A stretch of 63,825 nt of DNA, the filler included, from Thraustochytrium aureum (Eukaryota): the NCBI GenBank assembly GCA_012862495.1. It is 7 parts of 3 records of this genome, joined end to end, with 100 filler letters (N's around TTAATTAATTAA, not from the genome) between each part and the next. Parts side by side here need not be neighbours in the genome. Positions count along the whole stretch, not along the records: positions 1 to 10,426 come from BLSG01000059.1; positions 10,527 to 18,340 come from BLSG01000059.1; 5 more parts are not named here. One strand, given 5' to 3'. Positions 1 through 11,245 of the stretch are shown piece by piece. A model generated the notes under the pieces. It saw only the letters and a program-made list of their open reading frames with translations. It was not told the origin of the DNA and did not search any database. Each line of letters begins with the position of its first letter. Position 1 is the stretch's first letter. Position numbers and translations under genes: made by a program.

Positions 1-376
1 CAAGTACTGCGGCGCTGCTCGCCCGCGCGATTCACGAGCTTCGACGAGTAACCAAGCACCTGCAAGCTCGAGAGCGCGCCGCCCGTCGTCCGCCCGCCCG
101 TCGTGCGATGCGCCGCCCGGCAGCCGGCCACCGATGCGGTGCAGTTGCGCGACTGAGCGCTTGGCCCACGTGGCGCGTTCCGTGCGCGGCCTGGACGAAG
201 TCGAGTTGTTCGCGTGCGCGGTGGGCGCGAACAGGGCGAAGGCGAGGGAGGACACCGTGGTTGCCGCGCCGCCAGCGCCGTTGCGGCAGTCGCGCGCGGC
301 TGGTTGCTGTGGCGCTTGGGGCTGTCTGCGCCGTGCTGGGCGGCCTGGCTGCGCCGTGCTGCGCCTTCGGTTGCTG

Positions 377-420
377 CGCGGGCTGGTTCGCGGGCTGGTT
401 CGCGGGCTGGTTCGCGGGCT
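377..420. repeat. 12-bp tandem repeat (CGCGGGCTGGTT, ~3.6 copies) just 5' of the SDR ATG
   Basis: Read directly from the sequence; gives AGWF repeats in the extended ORF. Confidence 0.85.
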
Positions 421-428
421 GGAGGAGG

Positions 429-1406
429 ATGGCGGGCAGCGACCTGTCTGCCGGCGCTGCTGTGCGCGAGGCTGCGAGGAAGGTGCTCCAGGAGGCGAGC
501 GAGGCGCTGGGGGAGTCGGCGCCTGCGCTTGCTGTGTTGGCCGTGCTCGTGGTTGTCGCGGTCACGCTGTTTGGGCAGGTGCGGCCGCCCAGGAAGCACC
601 GGCTGGGGAGAAAGTTCTTTACCCAGTCGCAACGGGTGCTCGTCACGGGCGCGGCGACTGGCGTGGGCAGGCAAGTGTGCAACGCGCTGATACGCCGCGG
701 CCACCAGGTGTTTGCGACCGACAGCGACTTTCGCGCGCTGAAAGGCGTGGCCAGCCAGGAGGGCTGGACCACGCACGCAAACCCGTGCGAGCTCAAACCA
801 CTGGACGTGACGAGCGAGTCCGACTGGGAGTCCGCGGCGCGCCGCGTCGTGCAGGTCTTTGGCGGCGTTGACGTGCTTGTCAATGCGGCGGGCTCGTCCT
901 GGAACTCTGCGGCGCGCTCGCAAGGGCCGCTCGACAGCCGCGCGCGAGAGGTGATCGACCTGCTGGTCGGCGGGGTGGTCACCGGCACGCGCGTCATTGG
1001 CAGCATAATGCGCAACCAAGTAGACGCTTCCCAGCTAGAAGGCGGGGGCCACATCATCAATGTGTCGCCGCTTCCGGGGGCCTTTGTCTTGGAGGCTGAC
1101 GCATCGATTGGGGCGCTCGCGGCAGGGGCGCTTCGTGGGTTTTCCACTGGTGCTGGTCGAGACCTGGCCCCGGCCGGCGTGTACGTGACGCTCATCTCGG
1201 TCGACCGCGCGGGGCTCGGCGGGCTCCTTGAAAGGGTTGCCGACACAATAGTGAACAGTGCCATGCCATGGCGACCACGAGAGCTTGAGGTCTCGGCCTC
1301 TTGGTTCGGCGGCATGCGCTGCAGGATCGCCGACTCGTGGCACGCGAGCAGGCTGGCGAGCTACCGCGGCCAGTCTGGCGCGCAGAGCCGCGCCAAACTC
1401 GACTAG
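429..1406 (+). CDS. Short-chain dehydrogenase/reductase family protein with N-terminal membrane anchor, probably catalytically degenerate
   Basis: VLVTGAATGVG (TGxxxGxG), LDVT, DVLVNAAG, GHIINVS, ALRGFS..RDLAPAGVYV; hydrophobic ALAVLAVLVVVAVTLF; ATG 429 preferred over the longer ORF from 108. Confidence 0.85.
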   Translation: MAGSDLSAGAAVREAARKVLQEASEALGESAPALAVLAVLVVVAVTLFGQVRPPRKHRLGRKFFTQSQRVLVTGAATGVGRQVCNALIRRGHQVFATDSDFRALKGVASQEGWTTHANPCELKPLDVTSESDWESAARRVVQVFGGVDVLVNAAGSSWNSAARSQGPLDSRAREVIDLLVGGVVTGTRVIGSIMRNQVDASQLEGGGHIINVSPLPGAFVLEADASIGALAAGALRGFSTGAGRDLAPAGVYVTLISVDRAGLGGLLERVADTIVNSAMPWRPRELEVSASWFGGMRCRIADSWHASRLASYRGQSGAQSRAKLD

Positions 1407-1667
1407 TCCCATCGCTCGAGCCGCCCTGGACTCGACGGTGCTGTTCGAGCCGATGCCCAAGCCTCGCGCCCCCGGCGGTTCCCGCCACCCGCGAAGCGAC
1501 GGCGAAGCGAGCAAACAAGCTGGTGCCCTAATCACGTTGTTCTCCTTTATAATAGTAAAATCAGCGCAAGCGATGGCGCAGGCGGCTCGGCCGCAGGTCG
1601 GCCGGCGCCTTTTAAGAAAGCAACGTGCTCGCTAAGAGATAGTAGCCGAGCTTCTGCGCGCGCGGGC

Positions 1668-2322
1668 CTAGTCCTGCGACGTCGGCGCCGCCGCGAAGCG
1701 CGCGCGCAGCCAGTCCCCGAGCGCCTCCAGCTCGGCGCTGCACGAGCTGTGCGTCATGCCCGGGTAGGTACGAAAATCCACGTCAAAGCCAGCAGCGCGC
1801 GCGGCGCCAACCGATGTGCGGCCCAGCGAGAAGAGCACCTTGTCGTCCGCCTCCCCGTGGCCGCAAAACACGGCAACACCCGTGGTGTTTGGTCATCTCC
1901 GTCAGCTTGGCCCGCATCGGCGCCCAGCCGCTCAGCATCACCGCGCCGCACAACTTGCTTGGCGAGAGCGCCGCAACGAGCTGCGCGACAGCGCCCCCCT
2001 GCGAAAACCCGCCCACCACGACGCGCTCCGGCGGAATGCCGTGGTCTGCTGCAAGCGAGGCGACCGCCACGTTGACCTGGTCCACAGCCCGCATGAGCCC
2101 CGCCTCGTCGTCCGCCGTGCTCTCGCGCACCGGGATCTCGTCCAAGTCAAACCAGGACGGCATCGCCATCCCTCCGTTCACCGTCACCGGCTGCACGGGC
2201 GCGTCCAAGAACACCCACTTGATATTGGCGGCATCGCGCAGGCCCGTCTCCTGCGGCAGAAACCTCCAGCTCGCGCCGCGGTCGCCCAGCCCGTGCAGGA
2301 ACACCACCGCGTGTGTGGCCAT
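1668..2322 (-). CDS. Acyl-protein thioesterase / phospholipase-carboxylesterase (APT1/LYPLA-like); one frameshift near 1889
   Basis: VFLHGLGD, APVQPVTVNGGMAMPSWFD, GGFSQGG nucleophile motif, GHGEADDKV (Asp) and YPGMTHSS (His); removing one base of the TTT at 1888-1890 joins the two frames. Confidence 0.92.
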
Positions 2323-2374
2323 CCTCCTCGCCCTCGCCAACGCCTCCTTCTTCCGCACCGCGTGCAGCCCGCGG

Positions 2375-5300
2375 TCAAGCCTCGAGGCGGGACTGCTGGG
2401 CCGCGTCGAGGCTGCGGCGGACCAAGTCGGAGACCTGCAGGTCGCGCGAGTCGTCCTCGAGGACGCGAGCGCAGTCCCGCAGCGCGAGCTCGCTGCGCTC
2501 CTGGAGCACGTAGGCGTACGCGCGCAGCAGCAGGAAGGCGACGCTGCCGGGCTCGATGCGGAGGCCGGCGTCGCAGTCCTGCTGGCACTGCACGCCGCGG
2601 CCGAGCGAGGCCGCCACGGCGGCGCGGTTGAACAGGAGGTAAAAGTGCTTTGCGGCGAACGCCAGGCCCTCCAGCGCGCTGAGCGCCTCGGCGTGCCTGT
2701 CCAGGAGCAGCAGCGCCACGGAGTGGTTGAGGCGCACGAGGCTGTGCTGCGCGAGCGCCGGGCGCGCCAAAGCCCGGCTCGTGATTTCGAACGCCTCGTT
2801 CGGCCGCCGCATGCGCAAGCACAACCCGGAGCGCAGCAGGTCGCACTCCGCGAGGCGGTGGTCGTCGCCGCAGCCTTGCAGCGCGCNNNNNNNNNNNNNN
2901 NNNNNNNNNNNNNNNNNNNNNNNNNNNNNNNNNNNNNNNNNNNNNNNNNNNNNNNNNNNNNNNNNNNNNNNNNNNNNNNNNNNNNNNNNNNNNNNNNNNN
3001 NNNNNNNNNNNNNNNNNNNNNNNNNNNNNNNNNNNNGCCACTGCTGATTGGGCCAGCGCGTCCTTGGCGAGGTTCTCCGCCGGGCACTGGCCGAGGCGCA
3101 GCGTGAGCGCACCCTCAAAGGCGGCGCGAGCAGCGCCGAGGTCGCCGAGCAACGCCATAGTTGAGCCTAGGTTTACGCGCGCCTGGGCGTTGCTCGGGTC
3201 GGCGCGGATAGCCTGCTTGAACGCCGCAGCGGCCGCCTCGGTCGCAATTTGGCCCGATGCTTGTGGCTGGTCCGACGGCGCGGCGCGGCTGAGCTGGCCG
3301 CGGCCTAGCCTCGCCAGTAGGCTCTGCGAGCGCTGCACCTTGCCGAGCAGCGCGGCCCCTTTCAAGTTAAAGGCATGCGTGGCAACGTCGGCCGGGACGA
3401 AGGGCGGCCTCGCGAGCGGCTCCACTATGCCCTGCACAGTTTGCAACGCCGCGTCAAACTGGCCTCGGCGGATGTAGCAGTGCGCAAGAACGACGTCCAC
3501 TGACCACGGCGCGAGTCCCAAAACAAAGTCACCAGACTGCGTTTGTGCCTTGCTGGCAATAGCCGCTTGCACGGCGCGCAGGTCGTCCACAGCGCTGTTG
3601 AGATCGCCCTTGCAAATGAGGCAGATGGCGCGGTTCACGAGGGCCTCGTAGAGGCCGTGCTCCGACTCCACCGCCTTCGTATACGCGTGGCACGCGCGGT
3701 CCCACTTGCCCAGGTGCTGGTACACCCAGCCGCGATTGTACCACGCCACAGGCAGGCGAGGGTGAGCTTGAGGGCTTCGTCAAAGGTCGCGATGGCGACG
3801 GCGTGAGCGCCAAGCTCCACCTGCGCAAGTCCGAGCTTAACCAGCGCGCTGCTGAGCCCCGGAGAAACCTGCGCTGCGCGCCCGATGAGTTCGACAGCAG
3901 TGCGAGGCTCCCCGCACAACCCGTGCAACTCTGCGCGGTGCAGCAGCCCGTCCACGTGGTTTTCGCCGCAAGCCTCAAAGTCCTTGAGGGCTGACGCAAA
4001 GTGCGCGAGCGCCTTTGCTGGCGGCGGAGCTCGGCCTTGGGTCTCGGCGCTGGTCGCGCCCGCTTGCGCAAGAGCTGCGCTCGCCTCGTCGGACTTTGGC
4101 CTTATCGCAAGCGTTTGCCGTCTGCGCGACCCACGCGGCGCGCGCAGCGCGTACTGGCCCTCCAGCAGCCTAGCTGTGCTGAACAGGCGCCTCGCATGCA
4201 GAGGATCTCGCGTCGACGCGGCGTTGCTGCGCGCCGGAAGGCCGCCGAGTTCACCAAATCGTTGTACAGCTGCAGCGCTGGGGCAAAGCAGCCCATTCGC
4301 TGGTAACAGCGCGCGACGCAAAGAGGCGCCTCCAAGTCCTCGGCTGGCGCAGCTTCGAGCGTGCGCTCCATAAACGGTTCAAGTACCTTGACGTACTCGG
4401 AGAGCTGATGGCCCTCAGACCGCGCGAGGGCGCGCACCGAGTCGAAGAGGAGCTGCATCGAGGCCGTGCCCGGCGCATTCTCATGGCAAGCCACCAGCAA
4501 ACGGAGCGCGGCTTTCTGGTCCTTGCCGCGCAAGACTTGAATCTTGCCCTTGCGCATGCTCGCCTCGCCTTCCACAGCCTCCGTTAGAACCGTGTAGTGG
4601 AGCAGGTCAGTTGCGGACCCAGCCGTGTCGCCGCACAACAGCAGCGCCCAGGCCCGCAGCAGATAGTACTTGGCCTCGTGGGGCGCTAGCCGAAGCAATT
4701 TGCTGAACGCGACGGCCGCCTGCCGCGGGTCGTCCAGGCGCAGCAGCGCCATAGCCCGAATGGCCAGCGCGCTTGTGTGGTCGGCGACGGAGGGCGGTTG
4801 GAGCAGCAGGTCGTTGGTGATTGCGAGGGCGCCGCTCGCATCGCTAAAGCACTCGAGCCGCACCTGGGCCAGCCGCGTGATACACCTCGCAGTGCTTTCG
4901 GGCCCAAGCGCCTCCATGTAGGCAGCGTTGGAGGTCAGCCGGTTCAGGTCGTGCAGCGCCTCAGCCACCGCGCCGTCCGCAAGGTGCACCCCTGCTCGCA
5001 CGCGCAGGATCGTGGCCATCCCGCGGCAGCCGAGCTCGTCTGCGTTGAGGCCGTCGTCCCCGGCAAAGCTCTTGAGGACAGCAACCCCAACGCCAGGCTG
5101 CCCGAGCGCGTTGTACACCTCGGCGATGTAGCAAGCGCATTCGAAATCGTCCGGATCAAGGGCCAGGGCCTCCTCGAGCGCGTGAACGGCTGCGTTGCTC
5201 TCCCCCAGAGCTCCCAGCATCCGACCCTCCTGTTTGAACATCTCAAAGAGGACGCGCCGCAGGCCAGTGCAAGGAGCTGCAGGTCGGGGGTTGCGACCGC

Positions 5301-8105
5301 CTTTCGAGGTTGCGCGGGTCCGGCGAGCGGCCTTGGCAGGGTCGCGCGTTTTCGCCGACGACCGGCCCCGTCCAGTCAGACCCTTCGCGCCAGCATGGTT
5401 CGGGCCGCCCGAGGCGGCGGCCTTCCCGCGCCTTCCCGTCTGGGCCGCCCGCCGCCCAGTGCTGCGCCCCGCATTGGCGGCGCCTGCCTGCTGAGACTGG
5501 GCAGCATGGCCGCGCGCCTCAGCCTCCGCAAGGAGCGCCTCGACGCGACCTCGCGCTCGGGCAATGATTTGGCGTCCCCGTGCGATCTCGTCGTGGTTGA
5601 GAAACTCTTGGGCGAGCTCTGCAACAAGCTCTGGCGCGTGAAGGCCGTTATGCACCGCTTCGACCATGTTGGTGGCGTACCGCTCGAGTCGCGACACATC
5701 CGCGCCCAAGCGGTACAGCTCGAGGTGAACTGCAGCTCTCGCGCGGCACACGTCTGCGATGGGGATTCCGGGGGCCAAGCCGGCCACCGGCTGGCCCGCG
5801 GGCAACGCATCGCCATTGCTACTTTCGCCGACTTGGCCGCGGGCTGCCTCTGTGCAGAGCCTGTGCGCCGTGTCGAGGTCCGCAAGGGACCATTCGACGA
5901 GGTATCTGCGCTCTACGGTGCTGAGGTCGCCTTCCTTTGAAATGGCGAGCTTGACCTTGGCCGCCTCGACCAGGACGCGAACGCATATCTGTGGGTGGAG
6001 CGGCCTGCCATTGGCGCGCATCAGGCTCTGCAAATCGCGCAGCGCGGCACGAAAATTCGGCTTGTCCAGCTTTTGGAACGCCTTTGCTCGCAGGAACCGC
6101 GCGCTGGCCTCCATTTGGGCCGACTTGGACAAGGCCCGCCCGAGGTTGGCCTCAGGTCGGCGCCCTGTGCTCGTCTCTGCCTGCAAGGTTATAACCCGGG
6201 TCGTGTCGCAGATTACCTGCTCCCAGAGCCCTGCTTGCGCGAGCAGCTGCGCTCGCTTGAGAATCGGCTGCATGTTGGTTGGCACAAGGTACCAGGCCAC
6301 GGTGACGTGCGCGAGCGCGACCTGGATGCTGCCTGCCGCGCGCATGTGCTCGGCGTATGCCAGGTGCCGCTTCCAGTCGCTGTACATAAAGTGCGCCGAG
6401 CCCCGTCGCTCGCTCGATGTCTGGTGCCCGCGGTGGTGTTGCGGCAAAGACCAATGGAAGGCCTGCGGCAGAATTTGGCGAAGGATTCGGGTTTTGGACT
6501 CGTTCGGCGTGGATCGGTGTCTGGACTCCTCCAAGCGTTTGTCACCCTCCTCCTCCGAGGAAGCCTCGTCGTCTGATTCTTCTGCATCTGGGGCGCGGAG
6601 GCGGAGCGCTCGCGCCCGATCTGCTTCCCGCGCGAGCTGCTGCTCGACCCGCTCGGCGAGGGACAGTCCGCCATCGTTGTCTTTGCGCCGGCTCCGTTTA
6701 CCGCCTTGCCGCGCGCGCTTGGGCTCTGTCGCATCGACATCGTCTTGTCCAGCGTCGGCTTCTACTCTGTGTGCGGGTTGGTCTCTGGCGCTCTTCGTTG
6801 CGCTGACCTCGGAGTCTGCGAACAGCTCGCGCTGCAACCCAGTCCCGCTGGCTCCCTTGCCAGAAACGCATCCCTTCGACTCCGCCTCCACGCTCGGTTC
6901 CGAGCGAGCGATCTCGCGCTCTACTACTTGCACGACGGGGGCTTCCTGCACCGGCTTGGGTGTGCTCTTGATGTGCGCGGCGCGCCGACCGGCGGCGCGC
7001 GGGCTTGTCGCAGTGGGGTGGCTGGGGCTGGGCGCGAGGGACTTGTCCTCGCAAGGTAGGTTGCCTTGGTCGCCCTCGAGCCCAACGGAGCCCTCTGCGA
7101 GGCCAGACCCCCACGGGCCAACCTTTGTCGCTACGTTTGCTCGACGCCGCGCGGCTCGCTCGATCGCCGCAAGCTTGCGCTGGGCGGCTGCTTCTGTCTG
7201 GCGCCTCGTCACCTCTTTGCGCTCTCGCATCGTTGTCAGCAAATNNNNNNNNNNNNNNNNNNNNNNNNNNNNNNNNNNNNNNNNNNNNNNNNNNNNNNNN
7301 NNNNNNNNNNNNNNNNNNNNNNNNNNNNNNNNNNNNNNNNNNNNNNNNNNNNNNNNNNNNNNNNNNNNNNNNNNNNNNNNNNNNNNNNNNNNNNNNNNNN
7401 NNNNNNNNNNNNNNNNNNNNNNNNNNNNNNNNNNNNNNNNNNNNNNNNNNNNNNNNNNNNNNNNNNNNNNNNNNNNNNNNNNNNNNNNNNNNNNNNNNNN
7501 NNNNNNNNNNNNNNNNNATCGCTTGCGGCCGCCCCGCCGCCGCGCGCGAAGCTGCCTCGTTTTGTGCGGCGGCGGCTGCAGCGGCTGCCGCAGCCTCTTC
7601 TTCTTGTTGCGCCAGCCGCTCCGCGCGCGCCTTTAACATGTCCATACGCACGCTGTTGTACTGCGTTTTCGCGCGTCGCGACAGCGGCTTGTCCTCCAAA
7701 TGGCCCAGCCTCTTGCTGATATACGAGCTCGGCGCCTTCGGCTGCAAACTCGGCGGAAGCGCTGCATGGCGCGGCACGTCCACAGCAAACCGTCTGCCTT
7801 GCCCGGCGCGCCGGGTCTCTCAGCACGGGGATCGCCGACCTCGGCGGCGCGGGTCCGTCGGCCCCGCTCAGCCGCCGGTGCCCGACACCTTCCGAGCTTG
7901 GCCTCGGCGCGCCATCCGGAACTGCGCTTCCCACGCGTTCCACGTACCTCTCCTCCTGGCCGCCGGCCCCGCTCCCCTGCTGCCGCATCGTGCCTGGCAG
8001 CGCCGCCGAGCGGCCGCCGTAGCCGCACCCGTTGCGTGTCTGCTGCCTGCGAGATGGACTGCCTCGAAGCAGCTCCTGCTCGTCCTGCTTGTCCAGCGAC
8101 TCCAT
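2375..8105 (-). CDS. Very large TPR-repeat protein, interrupted by two gaps and several frameshifts; start uncertain
   Basis: Consecutive ORFs 6698-7783, 4102-7242, 3635-4321, 2184-3749 and 2375-3118 contain TPR-like helices (AWYNRGWVYQHLGKWDRACHAYTKAV, ARVNLGSTMALLGDLGAARAAFEGAL, YYLLRAWALLLCGD); disordered N-terminus possibly from ATG 8105. Confidence 0.8.
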
Positions 8106-10426
8106 ACGAAACCACGGCAGAATACCTGAAGACCCCCGTCAGTTGTGGAGCTTTTGCCGAGCTGCCGGCAGATGAAGCTGCGCCCGTGACGCGAAAGATC
8201 CGTTCAGGTGGGCCGCAGGTGGGTGGGTCGCCCTTGCGCGCAAGATCGACTGATCGAGGCCTGCCCTCCGTGGTGTGGCAAGGCGTGACGAGGATACGCG
8301 GATGTCATCATTTGAGACGAGAACGGCGAGCTGGGAAGCTGGGGCCGTGCCTCATCGCGGGCGTATTTGGCGTCGTCGGGTACTACGAGGCATCGCAGAC
8401 ACGACATGCGCCAGGCGGTTATCTGTCGAGCTGCGTGAAGAATCTCGTCCATTTCAACAGTACTCGGGCTACGGACTGTTGAAATGTTGTCAGCTTTGGA
8501 CGAGTAGTCGGCGCAACGTGTTTCGAAGCGGCCGCTTCGCGGGATGTCAAGGCTTGAGTTGGTTGAAGGGTCCTGCGCCGCCCTTAGCACGTTGATGCCC
8601 GACGCGGTTCGGTCTGCTTTCATAAGTCCCGCGAGTTGCATCGGGCTCAATAGCGTTTCCTCAATGTGAGCTCGACGGCCACAGAGTTGATGTCTTGTGC
8701 TGTCACTCGTTCCTATCTGGTCATGAAGTGGCAACAAGCTTTGGTTCAAAAGCATGAGGCAGGCGACTTGCTCTGTTCATCGGTACTTGTGTATTTCAAT
8801 TGTTCTATTCGTACAGCACGCCGAACTAGTTCCACTTGCTCACGCACTTGTCGTGCTTCTTGATNNNNNNNNNNNNNNNNNNNNNNNNNNNNNNNNNNNN
8901 NNNNNNNNNNNNNNNNNNNNNNNNNNNNNNNNNNNNNNNNNNNNNNNNNNNNNNNNNNNNNNNNNNNNNNNNNNNNNNNNNNNNNNNNNNNNNNNNNNNN
9001 NNNNNNNNNNNNNNNNNNNNNNNNNNNNNNNNNNNNNNNNNNNNNNNNNNNNNNNNNNNNNNNNNNNNNNNNNNNNNNNNNNNNNNNNNNNNNNNNNNNN
9101 NNNNNNNNNNNNNNNNNNNNNNNNNNNNNNNNNNNNNNNNNNNNNNNNNNNNNNNNNNNNNNNNNNNNNNNNNNNNNNNNNNNNNNNNNNNNNNNNNNNN
9201 NNNNNNNNNNNNNNNNNNNNNNNNNNNNNNNNNNNNNNNNNNNNNNNNNNNNNNNNNNNNNNNNNNNNNNNNNNNNNNNNNNNNNNNNNNNNNNNNNNNN
9301 NNNNNNNNNNNNNNNNNNNNNNNNNNNNNNNNNNNNNNNNNNNNNNNNNNNNNNNNNNNNNNNNNNNNNNNNNNNNNNNNNNNNNNNNNNNNNNNNNNNN
9401 NNNNNNNNNNNNNNNNNNNNNNNNNNNNNNNNNNNNNNNNNNNNNNNNNNNNNNNNNNNNNNNNNNNNNCCTGCTCCGCAAGTTGCTGCCGCAAGCCCGG
9501 CTCGACAACGTTTTCGTCAGGGAGAAACGAGAGCAGCAGTACCTCGAGTGCGTCGATGCGCAACCATCAGGAAGGGCCCAATCCTCCTCGCCAAATCAAG
9601 ATAGAGACCGGGCGCCGAGCCCTAGGGGCAAGGGCGGCTCGTGGCCACGCTGAACGCTGAAACGCTTGCCGCGCGTCAAAACGGTCGGAGACTCACCAAA
9701 GCACGAGCGGCCCCTCAAACTTGACTGCAGTTGGCAAAACGCTCAGCGCAAGACTAATGTAGACAAGGAGATTCGTTTTGACTTACTGTATACAATGTGT
9801 ACGCCAGGCTTAAAGCTTGCTGTTCGCGGGACAGACGCTGATAGTTGGACGCTGACTACTTCGTCGTTGCAGGGCGTTGCAGAGCGGAAGCGCTGCCTGC
9901 CCGCCCTAGGTACGCCTTCCTGGCTTGCAGCGGCCTCGACCACCAGCGAACAAGCACCGCATCGCGACCTCGTATGGCAAGAGATGACCTGAAACTACGC
10001 GTGCATTTCCGAACCTTTTATGATAAATAATCCACCCGCGCACATTAGAGTTGCGCTGATGGTGTCTCGGATGAAGTACTCAGTGAGTACCTCATCGAGA
10101 GTCAGCGTGATGTGGCCGTCATACGGATCAATAGCGTCGACATCGAGAGATGCGGTGTGAAGGGCGTGGAGATGAAACGACCGATGGTCTCGTGCGCTGG
10201 CACACGCTCCGCGTTTTCATGAGCCAGCGCACAAATCGGTCGGGTACCTCGCTCATTGGTTCAGCGCCACGCCCGTGTCAGTGGCCACACGCTCAATGGT
10301 CGACTGAGCTCGCCGGAGCGCCTCCGTACAGAACCCATGCTCCTGCTGCACCGGATTCCTCGCTGACGAAAACGATGTCGAGCTGGACGTGTGGCAGCAG
10401 CGTGCGCCAAACGAAAGTGGAGCGGG

Positions 10427-10526
10427 NNNNNNNNNNNNNNNNNNNNNNNNNNNNNNNNNNNNNNNNNNNNTTAATTAATTAANNNNNNNNNNNNNNNNNN
10501 NNNNNNNNNNNNNNNNNNNNNNNNNN
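10427..10526. other. Artificial assembly linker N44-TTAATTAATTAA-N44 (also at 18341-18440, 26855-26954, 40239-40338, 50809-50908, 58395-58494)
   Basis: Identical six-frame-stop 12-mer centred in 100-nt N blocks. Confidence 0.97.
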
Positions 10527-11245
10527 AGGTTGTCGCGCGTTTGGACGGACGGCTCTCGAGCGAGGCATCACCAAGAATGCTGCCTACCGTTTGGTTTTGT
10601 TCTCGAGAATGCGGCGTTCACAACGCTCAGCCCAGATCTGCTCTGCGCGTGGCGGGCGAGCGAGCAGAGCGAGCATCGCTGCGGTTTTCTGGTCTGTGCA
10701 CGCTGGTCGTGGATGATTTTGACGGATGTAGCTCTCGAGATGGCGCTGTTTTCCGCACCGTAGGCCCTCACACTCCCTCACACATGGACTGGGGTTGCTG
10801 GCGAGCGCAGTGTGGCTCGGCAAAGCGAGCGGTCATGGCGCCGATTGAATCATCGTGGTTGGCTTGGGTCGAGGAAAACCCGCTCGTTTTGCGAGGGGTT
10901 GCAGTGTCCCAGGCCCACGCAACCCACCGATCGAAACAGGAGACAAGACAAGAAAACTGGTGCAGCTTCTCTGACGAGAAGGACGCGCGTGTGTGGAGGT
11001 GCAAACCTGACCATCATGGAGCGACGATCGATCATCTTCAAATTTCATCATCGTGGTCCAGTTTCTGCCAGTGCGCTGCTCGCCCGCATTCATAATGGTC
11101 TCTGCAACTGTCTGCGCTGTCTCTCGAGCGAGCGGACTGCACTGCCTGGCAATCCCAGCCAGCAGTCACGCAAAGCAACATCGGCGGCGACCCGCCTGTC
11201 GAAAAGGCGCGCAAGGACAGCGGCTGGCGCAAGGGCCCACGGACC

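Noticed and set aside
5759..7636. Long antisense ORFs (this one, also 32204-33427, 61973-62962 and others)
   Set aside because: Shadows of real GC-rich genes on the opposite strand
10471..10482. TTAATTAATTAA palindrome repeated six times in the window
   Set aside because: Always centred in a 100-nt N block; it is an artificial assembly linker
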